Assembly (NCBI GenBank): GCA_012799185.1
Contig: JAAZLS010000021.1
Coordinates: 14,242 to 78,241 of the forward strand
DNA length: 64,000 nt
Direction: 5' to 3'
Source of the DNA: Bacillota bacterium
GTDB lineage: Bacteria; Bacillota; Dethiobacteria; DTU022
Shown: piece by piece, positions 31,476-40,573 of the stretch
How the letters are laid out: every line of letters begins with the position of its first letter
Position numbering within the stretch: position 1 is the first letter of the stretch
Program-made: the position numbers and the translations under genes
The notes under the pieces: model-generated
What the model saw: the letters and a program-made list of their open reading frames with translations, nothing else
Told to the model about the DNA's origin: nothing
Database searches by the model: none

Positions 31476-31517
31476 AGCAACAATAAGACAGGGAAAACAT
31501 CCCCGTGCCTGGTTTGC

Positions 31518-33359
31518 CTATTCTACGGTTACACTTTTTGCCAGGTTGCGCGGCTTATCAACCGGGCATTCCCGGGCCAGGCCGGTGTAATAAGCGATCA
31601 GTTGCAAGGGGAGGATCGCCGGCACCGGTGTCAGCAATTGATGCACCCGGGGGATATGAAAAACCCAGTCCGCCTGCCGCTCTATTCCAACAAATTCCTC
31701 GGAGGCAACTAAAAATACCGCACCCTCCCGGGCCCTTATCTCCTGGATATTGCTTAAGGTTTTTTCTAATACTTTTTCCTGGGTAGCCAGGGCCACTACC
31801 GGCATACCACCGGTAATAAGGGCCAGGGGGCCATGCTTTAGTTCCCCTGCCGGATAGGCCTCGGCATGGATGTAGGAGACCTCTTTTAGCTTGAGAGAAC
31901 CTTCAAGGGCGGTGGCATAGTCTAAGTTTCGACCGATATAAAAGATGCTATCCCAATGGGCCAGGGCGACAGCAATCTCTTTTAGCTCCGTTAGACATTC
32001 CGGTGTTAAAATTTTAACCAGCTGATCCGGCAACCCGTTTAATCCCCGGACCAGCTCCGCCCCCTGTTCCCGTGTTACCGTGCCCCGTAGCTGACCCAAA
32101 TATAGAGCCAAAAGATAGAGGAGTATTAGCTGGGTCAGGTAGGCCTTGGTAGAGGCTACCGCTATCTCCGGCCCGGCAAAAGTTAGCAGGGTCCGATCCG
32201 CCTCCCGGGCGGCGCTGCTGCCGATGGCATTAGTAATCGCTAACACCCGGATCCCTTTTTCTTTACATAATCGTAGCGCCTCTAAGGTATCAGCCGTCTC
32301 CCCCGACTGGCTGATCACTATCGCCAGGTGGTTCTGATCTAAAAGCGGATCCCGGTAACGAAACTCCGAGGCTGGATCCACCTCTACCGGCAGGGAGGCC
32401 AGCCGTTCCAGAGCATATTTACCTACATAGCCGGCATGGGAGGAGGTCCCGCAGGCAATAATATAAATTTTGCTTATCCGGCGGGCCTCTTCCGCAGTCA
32501 GATCCAGCTCCGGCAGCAAGACCCGTCCCGCCTCTAGATCAATCCGCCGGCGCAGGGTATCCCGAACTGCCTGCGGCTGCTCCATGATCTCTTTTAACAT
32601 AAAGTGGGGATAGCCGCCTTTCTCTGCCGCAGCGATATCCCACTCAACCTCGTAAATTTCCTTCACAATTTTATTACCACCCCTGTCAAAAACCTCTACC
32701 GATTCAGGGGAGAGAGAGACAAATTCCCCGTCTTCCAGGATATAGGTCCGCCGGGTATAGGGCAATAAGGCAGCAAAATCCGAGGCCACAAAATTCTCAC
32801 CCTGTCCCAGGCCAATAATTAGCGGGCTATCTTTACGGGCACAGATGATCCGTTGCGGCTCGTTACTACAAACCACCGCGATGGCATAAGAACCTTCTAC
32901 CCGGTCGGTCGCCTCCCGAACCGCCTCCAATAGATCGCCGCGGTAATATTTTTCTACCAGGTGTACCAGCACCTCGGTATCGGTCTGGGAAAGAAACCGG
33001 TGTCCCTCTTTTTCCAGGGCGGCCCGGAGTACCCGGTAATTTTCAATAATCCCGTTGTGGATCAGGGCAATGGTATGACAACAGCTCACATGGGGGTGGG
33101 CGTTTTTATCACTGGGGCGACCGTGGGTGGCCCAGCGGCTATGGCCAAGCCCCAGGTTGGAACGGGAGAGCTTGCCCCGGGTCCGCTGCTCAAGCAGGCT
33201 CGCCATCCCGGCAACCTTGGCTACCTCCAGGCAACCCTGCTCCTTATTAATCATGGCGATTCCCGCCGAGTCGCAGCCCCGGTATTCCAGGGCTTTCAAT
33301 CCCTCCAAAAGAACATCATACGCCTCCCGAAAACCGGCGTAACCCACTATTCCGCACAT
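31518..33359 (-). CDS. glmS: glutamine--fructose-6-phosphate aminotransferase (isomerizing)
   Basis: MCGIVGY N-terminal nucleophile, 613 aa, two SIS domains. Confidence 0.95.
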   Translation of the reverse strand: MCGIVGYAGFREAYDVLLEGLKALEYRGCDSAGIAMINKEQGCLEVAKVAGMASLLEQRTRGKLSRSNLGLGHSRWATHGRPSDKNAHPHVSCCHTIALIHNGIIENYRVLRAALEKEGHRFLSQTDTEVLVHLVEKYYRGDLLEAVREATDRVEGSYAIAVVCSNEPQRIICARKDSPLIIGLGQGENFVASDFAALLPYTRRTYILEDGEFVSLSPESVEVFDRGGNKIVKEIYEVEWDIAAAEKGGYPHFMLKEIMEQPQAVRDTLRRRIDLEAGRVLLPELDLTAEEARRISKIYIIACGTSSHAGYVGKYALERLASLPVEVDPASEFRYRDPLLDQNHLAIVISQSGETADTLEALRLCKEKGIRVLAITNAIGSSAAREADRTLLTFAGPEIAVASTKAYLTQLILLYLLALYLGQLRGTVTREQGAELVRGLNGLPDQLVKILTPECLTELKEIAVALAHWDSIFYIGRNLDYATALEGSLKLKEVSYIHAEAYPAGELKHGPLALITGGMPVVALATQEKVLEKTLSNIQEIRAREGAVFLVASEEFVGIERQADWVFHIPRVHQLLTPVPAILPLQLIAYYTGLARECPVDKPRNLAKSVTVE

Positions 33360-33362
33360 AGT

Positions 33363-34781
33363 TTATCCCCCATATTCATCAAGTTTAATCCGGGCCGGCT
33401 GGTCCAGCTCACGGACAATTATTTCAACCAGGGCCTGCGCCGCTTCGCGCAACTCCTCCTCCGGAAGCGGTGCCTCTAACATTACCCGGATCACCGGTTC
33501 TGTACCCGAGGGGCGCACCAGGACCTGGCCATGCCGCCCCAAGCGCTCCTTTAGCCCAGCAATCTCGGAGGCGATAATTTCATTCGACTGCCAACCGGCG
33601 GTGGAGGATACCGGCCGGCTGATCAATACCTGCGGAAAACGGGGCAAGATGCCTGTTAATTCTGAAAAAGAAGAGCCCCGCTCCTGCACTACCTTGAGCA
33701 GTTGCAAGGCGGTAAAAAGTCCGTCTCCAGTGGTAGAATAATCGGTAAAAATAATATGTCCCGACTGCTCGCCCCCTAAATTGTAACCGCCCTTCAGCAT
33801 TTTTTCCAACACAAATCGATCCCCTACCGGGGTTCTAACAACGGCAAAACCATGCTCTTGTCCCAGGAGTTCCAGGCCGCCATTGCTCATAACAGTTACA
33901 ACCAGGGTATTATGATTTAATTTCCCTTGCTTTACCATCTCCAGGGCGCAGATAGCCATAATAGTATCCCCATCCACGACTTGGCCCCGCTCATCGACGG
34001 CAATTAAGCGGTCGGCATCACCGTCAAAGGCAAGACCCAGATCCCCTCCCCATTGCACTACCTCCCGACCGAGGCGGCCCGGCCCGGTAGCTCCGCAATT
34101 AACATTGATCCGACTGCCATCGGGCGTCCCGTGTATTACCTTTAACGTGGCCCCCAGCGAAGAAAAAATCTCCGGTGCAATAGAACAGGCCGCACCGTGC
34201 CCGCAATCAACCACTAGCCGTAGGCCCCTCAAATCTGGGCCATGTTCTTTAAGATAATCCAGGTAACGGTTAACCGGTGTAACATTATCATAGACCTGTC
34301 CTACCGCCGGGCCCGTTGCCCGGGGGAATGGATCTGATTTGGAAAAATAGATTTGTTCGATCTGCCTTTCCAACCTTTGGGGGAGTTTCAAACCCCTTCG
34401 GTTAAATATTTTTAAACCGTTATCTTCAATTGGATTGTGGGAAGCGGAGATAACCACCCCGGCAATCGCCTTAAGCCGGCGAGTTAGAAAAGCTACGGCC
34501 GGGGTAGTAGCTATCCCCAACCGGTGGACATCTGTCCCCGTAGAAGCGATACCCGCTGCCAACGCCCCCTCCAGCATCCCCCCGGAAAGCCGGGTGTCGC
34601 GTCCCACCAGGATCGCCTGCCGGTGATCTTCATTTTCACCCCGAAGCAGGGAGGCAGTAATCCGTCCGATCTTAAACACCATCTCAGGGGTTAGCTCCCG
34701 GTTGGCCACCCCCCTTACTCCATCGGTACCAAAAAGTTTTGCCAATTTAGGACCCCCATTTTTATCCCGGGCGCTATTCAT
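33363..34781 (-). CDS. glmM: phosphoglucosamine mutase
   Basis: Phosphoserine loop SASHNP. Product is 472 aa. Confidence 0.9.
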   Translation of the reverse strand: MNSARDKNGGPKLAKLFGTDGVRGVANRELTPEMVFKIGRITASLLRGENEDHRQAILVGRDTRLSGGMLEGALAAGIASTGTDVHRLGIATTPAVAFLTRRLKAIAGVVISASHNPIEDNGLKIFNRRGLKLPQRLERQIEQIYFSKSDPFPRATGPAVGQVYDNVTPVNRYLDYLKEHGPDLRGLRLVVDCGHGAACSIAPEIFSSLGATLKVIHGTPDGSRINVNCGATGPGRLGREVVQWGGDLGLAFDGDADRLIAVDERGQVVDGDTIMAICALEMVKQGKLNHNTLVVTVMSNGGLELLGQEHGFAVVRTPVGDRFVLEKMLKGGYNLGGEQSGHIIFTDYSTTGDGLFTALQLLKVVQERGSSFSELTGILPRFPQVLISRPVSSTAGWQSNEIIASEIAGLKERLGRHGQVLVRPSGTEPVIRVMLEAPLPEEELREAAQALVEIIVRELDQPARIKLDEYGG

Positions 34782-35460
34782 TATTTTCTGGTTCTTCTCT
34801 ATTTAAGGTAACAGTTACCTCTACCTTGCCCGGCAGAACCTCTACCCCCAACATTTCGTTTCCCTCCCGGTCCAATACCACCGGCTCCAATTCTTGGCGG
34901 TAGAGCTCCCGGGCCCCCTTGAGATCAACCCGAACCACTATTTTCCCAATCGCCTCAAAAAGGGTGCGTGGGGCCTCTACCACCACCTCATCGGGATCAC
35001 ATTGACCGAGATGGAGAACCTCCCAACCCCGGGCCGGTTTACCCTCATGCTCGATCTCCACTTTTAGATTATCACAAATTAACTCTTCGATAATAACCTC
35101 TACCGTCTCTGGATAAAAAGCAATTACGGTTAAACCCCGGGGGGGCTTTCCCCTTACCTTTACCCGGTATTTCCCCGCATCCTTCTCAGATAGATCAATA
35201 TATGCCTCCAGCTCATTAACCGTTAATCCGTCAAAGACCCCTGATACCCCCTCCAGGGTTATATCCACGGTAGGCGGAATTTCAGTTACGATGCACCCAT
35301 CGTTTAAATTTTCAACCTGCAAGGGCACCCCCTGGAATACCTTACGAATAGGGGTAGTCCTGGTTAAGTTATCCCCAGTTACAAAAAGCCAAAGGATAAT
35401 TGCCAGGAATACGGATAGTATACGGGCCGGAGTATTGGCTTTTAGCAATTTTTTGATCAT
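34774..35460 (-). CDS. cdaR: YbbR-domain protein, CdaR-like regulator of diadenylate cyclase (short, ~2 YbbR repeats)
   Basis: N-terminal signal anchor, beta-rich repeats, and a position between cdaA and glmM. Confidence 0.6.
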   Translation of the reverse strand: MIKKLLKANTPARILSVFLAIILWLFVTGDNLTRTTPIRKVFQGVPLQVENLNDGCIVTEIPPTVDITLEGVSGVFDGLTVNELEAYIDLSEKDAGKYRVKVRGKPPRGLTVIAFYPETVEVIIEELICDNLKVEIEHEGKPARGWEVLHLGQCDPDEVVVEAPRTLFEAIGKIVVRVDLKGARELYRQELEPVVLDREGNEMLGVEVLPGKVEVTVTLNREEPENNE

Positions 35461-36341
35461 CGGCTATTCCTCCACGGCCAGATGGCCGGTCCCTCACTGC
35501 GGGCCGGTGCACAGAGGTCTGTCAATAGATTGCGCAATTTTTTTTCATCCAGGTAGCGGGTTAAAACCCCGTTATGGGCCACCGAAATAATACCGGTCTC
35601 CTCGGAAATCATTACGGCAACGGCATCAGACTGCTCGGTAATTCCGATCCCGGCCCGGTGCCTGGTGCCCAGCTCCTTGTTAAGATAGGGATCATCGGTT
35701 AGCGGAAGATAACATCCGGCGGCGGCAACGTGGTTACCCTGCATGATCAGGGCCCCATCATGAAGTGGAGTCCGGGGGAAAAATATATTAATCAGCAGCT
35801 CGGCAGAGACTGTCCCATCAATCCGTATCCCGGTCTCAATTAGCTCTTTTAGGCCGGTTTCCCGTTCTAAAACAATTAGCGCCCCGATGCGTTTCTTAAC
35901 CAGTACCGGAATCGCTTTCATCAGCTCCTCCAGCATCTGATCAAACTCCTGGGGATTCCAGTAAGAACGCCGAAAAAAACGTCCCCGTCCCAGCTGTTCT
36001 AGGGCCCGGCGGAGCTCGGGTTGAAATACAATAGGAATAGCGATCAAGCCTACGGTCATAAATTGCTTGAGCATCCAGTGCAGTGTATCCAAGCCGGCCT
36101 TATCACTAACTACCATGGCCAGCAGGAGAAGCACTAAACCCTTAACCAGTTGCTCGGCCCGGGTGCCGCGAATTATTAATATCAAGCGATAAAAAATATA
36201 GGCGATAATAATGATATCAATAATGTCACGCCATCCGATGTTAAGTTGTAGAATTGCAGCAACAATTCGATCCCAGATGGCCATTACTTTAGCCCCTTGC
36301 AGGTTTTCAAACAGTTCTCCAATAAAAAAAGTTAGTTCCAA
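35457..36341 (-). CDS. cdaA: diadenylate cyclase CdaA (c-di-AMP synthase)
   Basis: Three N-terminal TM helices plus a DAC domain (DGA...GTRHRAG motifs: HDGALIMQG, ELGTRHRAGIGITE). Confidence 0.85.
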   Translation of the reverse strand: MELTFFIGELFENLQGAKVMAIWDRIVAAILQLNIGWRDIIDIIIIAYIFYRLILIIRGTRAEQLVKGLVLLLLAMVVSDKAGLDTLHWMLKQFMTVGLIAIPIVFQPELRRALEQLGRGRFFRRSYWNPQEFDQMLEELMKAIPVLVKKRIGALIVLERETGLKELIETGIRIDGTVSAELLINIFFPRTPLHDGALIMQGNHVAAAGCYLPLTDDPYLNKELGTRHRAGIGITEQSDAVAVMISEETGIISVAHNGVLTRYLDEKKLRNLLTDLCAPARSEGPAIWPWRNSR

Positions 36342-36446
36342 AAGTACCGGTTAATGGCGAATGGATATAAAAATATAGTTGCTTATTCGCTGAACCGGGT
36401 GCGAAAACCTTCCCAAGTAGCGAAAAGATAGGATAAACCGAGGCGG

Positions 36447-37793
36447 TTAATCCTTCCAAAACTGCTGATTTAACTTATAGACCAGGGCACTTAAACCCAG
36501 TACCCCTACCAGATTAGGCAGGGCCATCAGGGCATTCAAGCCATCGGCCAGGGCCCATACCGTGTATAATTTTCCCGTAGCCCCCACGACCACTGCCCCC
36601 ACCCAGAACAGGCGGTAAACAGCCCGCCCCTTCTCACTGCCGATAAGGTATTCAAAACTTTTCTCCCCATAATAGGCCCAGGAGATAATTGTAGAAAAAG
36701 CAAACAACATTAACCCGATACTTACGATTAGCTCACCGGGGTGATGCAGGACCCGGGTAAATGCCTCCGCCGTCATGGAGGCCCCTTCCAAGGAGGTGGT
36801 CCAGGCCCCGGTGACAATCAATACCAGGCCGGTCAAGGTGCAAATCAGGTGGGTATCAATAAAGACCTCCATTATTCCCCACAATCCTTGCCGAACCGGA
36901 TGATCAGTTTTGGCGGCAGCATGGACAATGGAGGCACTTCCCAGGCCGGCCTCGTTACTAAACACGCCCCGCGCGGCACCATAGCGTAAAGCCTGTAACA
37001 GCCCGGCCCCGGCAAAGCCCCCTATTGCCGCCCGCCCTGTTACCGCCCCGGTAAATATCTCCACCAGGGCCAGGGGAACCTGCCGATATTCCAGTATTAA
37101 AATTGCCAGGGCTCCGCCAGCATAAAGGAGCGCCATAACCGGGATCAGGCGACTGGTAAAAGAACCAATCCGTTCAATACCCCCTAGAATCACAATGGCT
37201 ATAATTACTGCCATGATCACTCCGGTCACAAAAGGCGGTATTCCCCACGACGAATAGGCTACCGCCGCTGCCGAGTTGGCCTGGACCAGGTTGCCGATCC
37301 CGAAAGCCGCAAGGGAGGCAAAAAAGGCAAAAGTCAGGCCCAGCCAACGCTGTTTGAGACCCCGTTCCAACACGTACATCGGCCCCCCGGCGATATGACC
37401 GTCGGGTAGGTGGCGCCGGTAATGTACCGCCAGCACAATTTCACTGAACTTGATCGCCAGGCCGAAAAAACCGGATACCCACATCCAGAACAGGGCGCCG
37501 GGCCCGCCCAAGGTAATAGCGGTAGCTACCCCGGCAATATTACCGGTGCCGACCGTAGCTGCCAGGGCGGTAGTTAAAGCCTGGTAAGGTGAGATATCCC
37601 CTGCAGCCTGCCGTTCCCGGCGGGGCGCGAAAAGGTTACCGATCGTCAACCGGAAAGCCGTTCCAAACCGGCGGAGCGGCAGGAACCGGTAGCGAACCAT
37701 CAAGTAAATGCCGGCGGAAAGGATCAATACCGCCAGCGGCCCCCCACCGATCCAGTGAAGGCCTTGCCATAATAAAGACAAATATTTCGCCAC
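36447..37793 (-). CDS. sodium:alanine symporter (AGCS family) amino-acid carrier. The start was moved to the GTG at ~37793, downstream of a strong AAGGAGG, because the long ORF to 37979 overlaps the neighbouring gene.
   Basis: AGCS-family topology with conserved regions (GGPGALFWMW, IGNLVQ). Confidence 0.75.
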   Translation of the reverse strand: MAKYLSLLWQGLHWIGGGPLAVLILSAGIYLMVRYRFLPLRRFGTAFRLTIGNLFAPRRERQAAGDISPYQALTTALAATVGTGNIAGVATAITLGGPGALFWMWVSGFFGLAIKFSEIVLAVHYRRHLPDGHIAGGPMYVLERGLKQRWLGLTFAFFASLAAFGIGNLVQANSAAAVAYSSWGIPPFVTGVIMAVIIAIVILGGIERIGSFTSRLIPVMALLYAGGALAILILEYRQVPLALVEIFTGAVTGRAAIGGFAGAGLLQALRYGAARGVFSNEAGLGSASIVHAAAKTDHPVRQGLWGIMEVFIDTHLICTLTGLVLIVTGAWTTSLEGASMTAEAFTRVLHHPGELIVSIGLMLFAFSTIISWAYYGEKSFEYLIGSEKGRAVYRLFWVGAVVVGATGKLYTVWALADGLNALMALPNLVGVLGLSALVYKLNQQFWKD

Positions 37794-37864
37794 GTGTAAG
37801 TGTACCTCCTTTAAGTGTACCCCTACACCTAGTATGAAAATAAAAGCAGCAATAATGCTCTCAT

Positions 37865-38869
37865 TTATAAAATTAAGGGGATAGGTTGCCCACAATAACG
37901 ACAATTTGATCCATCGAGGCCGGCTATGCGAGCACGGTAGCCGGAACGCTCTATAAGCAGGCGGGAGCACCGGGGGCAATAGGTGTAAGCCGCTTTGCTA
38001 TCTCCAACGTTCCCTAAATAGACATAGTTTAATTTTTCAAGGGCCATCTCCCGGGCCCGGTAAAGGATTTCTAAGGGGGTAGGGGGGAGATTTAAACGGT
38101 GTGAAGGAAAATAACGAGAGATATGAAGGGGCAAATCGGGACTCAAGTCGGCCAGCCAGCCAAACATTTGCTCCAACTCCCAGGGATCATCATTTACAGA
38201 AGGTATAAGAAGGGAGGTTACCTCCAGGTGACACCGTTTCGCCACCTTTTCCAGTACCCTTAATACCGGCTTTCGCCGTCCCCGACAATATTCTTGATAA
38301 AAGGAGTCACTAAATCCCTTGAGATCAATATTAAACCCATCGATATAAGGCAAAAGCTCCTCCAGCGCCTCCAGGCCGATGTAACCGTTGGATACCATGA
38401 CATTGGCATAGCCATGTTCGTGAAGCAACCGGGCGGTATCATAAACAAACTCGTACCAAATGGTAGGTTCATTATAGGTAAAAGCAACGCCGGGAGTGGA
38501 ACTTCCCCGAGCCCGGACCAATTCCAGGACCCGTTCGGGACTTAGCATGGTTCCCCCCTGTTCCGGCCTCCCCTCGGCCAAGGACCAGTTCTGGCAAAAA
38601 CTACATTTTAGATTGCAGCCGTACGTACCCAGGGAAAGAACCTGGCTCCCCGGATAAAAATGATAAAGGGGTTTCTTTTCAACCGGATCCCAATTTACAG
38701 CAGCGGCCATTCCATAATTCTCTGCATATAGTTCCCCGCCGAAGACCCGGCGTACCCCGCATATCCCCACCTGCCCCTCGGCCAGTAGACAGTGCCGGGG
38801 GCAGAGGAGACAGCGGATTTGATCATTTTCCCGGATGTAAAAACGGGCCTTTTCCATTCTCCCCTCCAA
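37865..38869 (-). CDS. AmmeMemoRadiSam system radical SAM enzyme (PFL-activase-like)
   Basis: CPRHCLLAEGQVGICGVR N-terminal Cys pair plus the radical-SAM motif CNLKCSFC. Co-located with a fused Memo/AMMECR1 gene. Confidence 0.8.
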   Translation of the reverse strand: MEGRMEKARFYIRENDQIRCLLCPRHCLLAEGQVGICGVRRVFGGELYAENYGMAAAVNWDPVEKKPLYHFYPGSQVLSLGTYGCNLKCSFCQNWSLAEGRPEQGGTMLSPERVLELVRARGSSTPGVAFTYNEPTIWYEFVYDTARLLHEHGYANVMVSNGYIGLEALEELLPYIDGFNIDLKGFSDSFYQEYCRGRRKPVLRVLEKVAKRCHLEVTSLLIPSVNDDPWELEQMFGWLADLSPDLPLHISRYFPSHRLNLPPTPLEILYRAREMALEKLNYVYLGNVGDSKAAYTYCPRCSRLLIERSGYRARIAGLDGSNCRYCGQPIPLIL

Positions 38870-38929
38870 CAGCTCCCGAAGCGGCGAGCAAATTTACCTT
38901 GCATAGCAAATCGATCAATAGTAAACCGA

Positions 38930-40288
38930 TCAACTGTAGCGTATAACCTTGAACCGGTAAAGCTGGATCGTTTCTTCGGGGGCTATCCCTGCTTTACGCC
39001 GGGCGATAGATACCTGTTCTTCCACCGTATTCACACCCTTTAAATCCGGTAGAAGAAGACCGCTCCGATAACCGCTTTTAACTATTACCCCGTATCTCTT
39101 AGGATCCAGTTCCCCCATACTTTCAACTTTCTCGGGAGGTGTAAGCACATCTACGGAAAAGCTCAGCTGATCTAAATCCTCCAACCTCACCGGCTCAAAC
39201 CGGGGATCCCTTAACCCGGCACTAACTGCATTATAAGAGATCTCCTCTGCCAAATTTGGTTTTACCGGTTCGATGGTACCTATACAGCCCCGCAGTTCTC
39301 GGCCCTTTTTAATGGTCACAAAGGCCCCGGCCTTCTGTGAAAGTAACGACGGCAGCCCCCGAGGAGGGGTAAAATAGCTCCCGTGACGCAGATAGTGGGC
39401 TAACGCCTCCCGGGCCAACCCGGTAGGGGTAATTTTAGAACCCTCCCCTTCCCCCGGTTTATCCCTCTTCCCACCAGGACGAGGATGCAAGGCTGCCACC
39501 AGGTAACCGACCCCAAAGGGGCCCTCATAGGAGATAATCTCCGGCTCAAACTCTTCCCCATCCAACATACCTAGGGCAATAATAATTGGGCGGAGGCCGC
39601 ATTCACCGGCCTCTTCCACCAGGTGGGGATCTATATTTAAAATATCCTCTACCCGCCGCTCCTGCAAAAGTTTCACCAGTAGCCGATCAAATTCGGCCCC
39701 CCGGGGGCTGTACCCCGCCGGAGCATCCCTGGTCAGGCGGTGGGATAGATCGGCGCTGGCAATTACCGCTGCCGGCAGCCCCCTCTTCTCAATTGCCCGT
39801 CTTAAACTCTTGCCAAACCGGTAAAGCTCCCGGTATGGAAACAGGCTAATGGTCAGGTGCATTCCGGGAACTGAAAGCCCGGCCTGTTGCAGGTAATATA
39901 ACGGGACCGCCGCCCCATGGTCCAGCTCCCGGCAGAACCCGGGATAATCCGCGGGCTGTAGGGGAACAGGACGAACCGCCTCTCCAGTTGTCTCCCTTTC
40001 CGTAAGCAATAGCAGTTGCTGATCTATAGAAAAAGCTACCTTTGCCCCCGGCGCGCCAAAACGGCCAAAATGCCCGGTTAGCGTTTCCCCCACCGGCGTC
40101 GCTATCCCCTCCCGAAGAACCGGACCGTGAGGAGTAATAAGCACTAGGCACCGGGGCCCTAGCTCGGTCACCTGGCCGGCCAGGTACTGCAGTCCCTTTA
40201 CGGTGGAGTTCACCCGAGATAGCTCCTCCCCTCCTACCTCAGGAATAATGAGCGGGGGATGGGGGGATATCCCGATGATCCTTAACAC
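38930..40288 (-). CDS. fused AmmeMemoRadiSam system protein B (Memo-like, N-terminal) and protein A (AMMECR1 domain, C-terminal)
   Basis: The N-terminal ~270 aa are Memo/LigB-like (ISPHPP...ITPHGP). The C-terminal ~180 aa carry the AMMECR1 hallmark GAFVTIKKGRELRGCIG. Confidence 0.75.
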   Translation of the reverse strand: MLRIIGISPHPPLIIPEVGGEELSRVNSTVKGLQYLAGQVTELGPRCLVLITPHGPVLREGIATPVGETLTGHFGRFGAPGAKVAFSIDQQLLLLTERETTGEAVRPVPLQPADYPGFCRELDHGAAVPLYYLQQAGLSVPGMHLTISLFPYRELYRFGKSLRRAIEKRGLPAAVIASADLSHRLTRDAPAGYSPRGAEFDRLLVKLLQERRVEDILNIDPHLVEEAGECGLRPIIIALGMLDGEEFEPEIISYEGPFGVGYLVAALHPRPGGKRDKPGEGEGSKITPTGLAREALAHYLRHGSYFTPPRGLPSLLSQKAGAFVTIKKGRELRGCIGTIEPVKPNLAEEISYNAVSAGLRDPRFEPVRLEDLDQLSFSVDVLTPPEKVESMGELDPKRYGVIVKSGYRSGLLLPDLKGVNTVEEQVSIARRKAGIAPEETIQLYRFKVIRYS

Positions 40289-40424
40289 TTTAAATTCCTC
40301 CTCGTCTCAAGCGAACCATCAATAGGCTAATTGTCACAATATTAGTATACCAAAGACCGGGAGCACTAACAACGGAGCAAACCGGCACCCAACCGGGAAT
40401 AGTAATAATTTTACACAAACTGTT

Positions 40425-40512
40425 GAAGCAAAAAGGTACGTCCCTGGTGCTTCACTTGAAGCAAAAAGGTACGTCCCCGGTGCTTCTCGTCCCCGGTGCT
40501 TCCGGTGTTTCG
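40425..40512. repeat. 33-bp tandem direct repeat, 2 full copies plus a partial third (gaagcaaaaaggtacgtcccYggtgcttc...)
   Basis: Copies at 40425-40457, 40458-40490 and a partial 40491-40512, all read directly. Located upstream of the AmmeMemoRadiSam operon start. Confidence 0.85.
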
Positions 40513-40518
40513 AAAAGG

Positions 40519-40554
40519 AAAGGGGCCGGGGTTCATCGAACCCCGGCCCCTTTT
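40519..40554. terminator. bidirectional intrinsic terminator (ggggccgggg ttcatcgaa ccccggcccc with flanking A and T runs)
   Basis: Perfect 10-bp GC stem that ends the minus-strand molybdoenzyme operon just after the beta1 stop at 40574. Confidence 0.8.
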
Positions 40555-40573
40555 CGGTATCCTTTTGGCTTGA

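Noticed and set aside
36447-37979. Long 510-aa form of the AGCS symporter ORF overlapping the radical-SAM gene by 115 nt
   Set aside because: The N-terminal 62 residues are non-homologous to the family and overlap the convergent upstream gene. A GTG at ~37793 with an AAGGAGG RBS gives a canonical AGCS N-terminus.
40289-40420. Possible sigma54 promoter TGGgtgccggtTTGCt upstream of the AmmeMemoRadiSam operon
   Set aside because: The -24 element is degenerate (TGGGTG). A good sigma70 extended -10 (TGgTATACT) lies nearby and explains transcription more simply.
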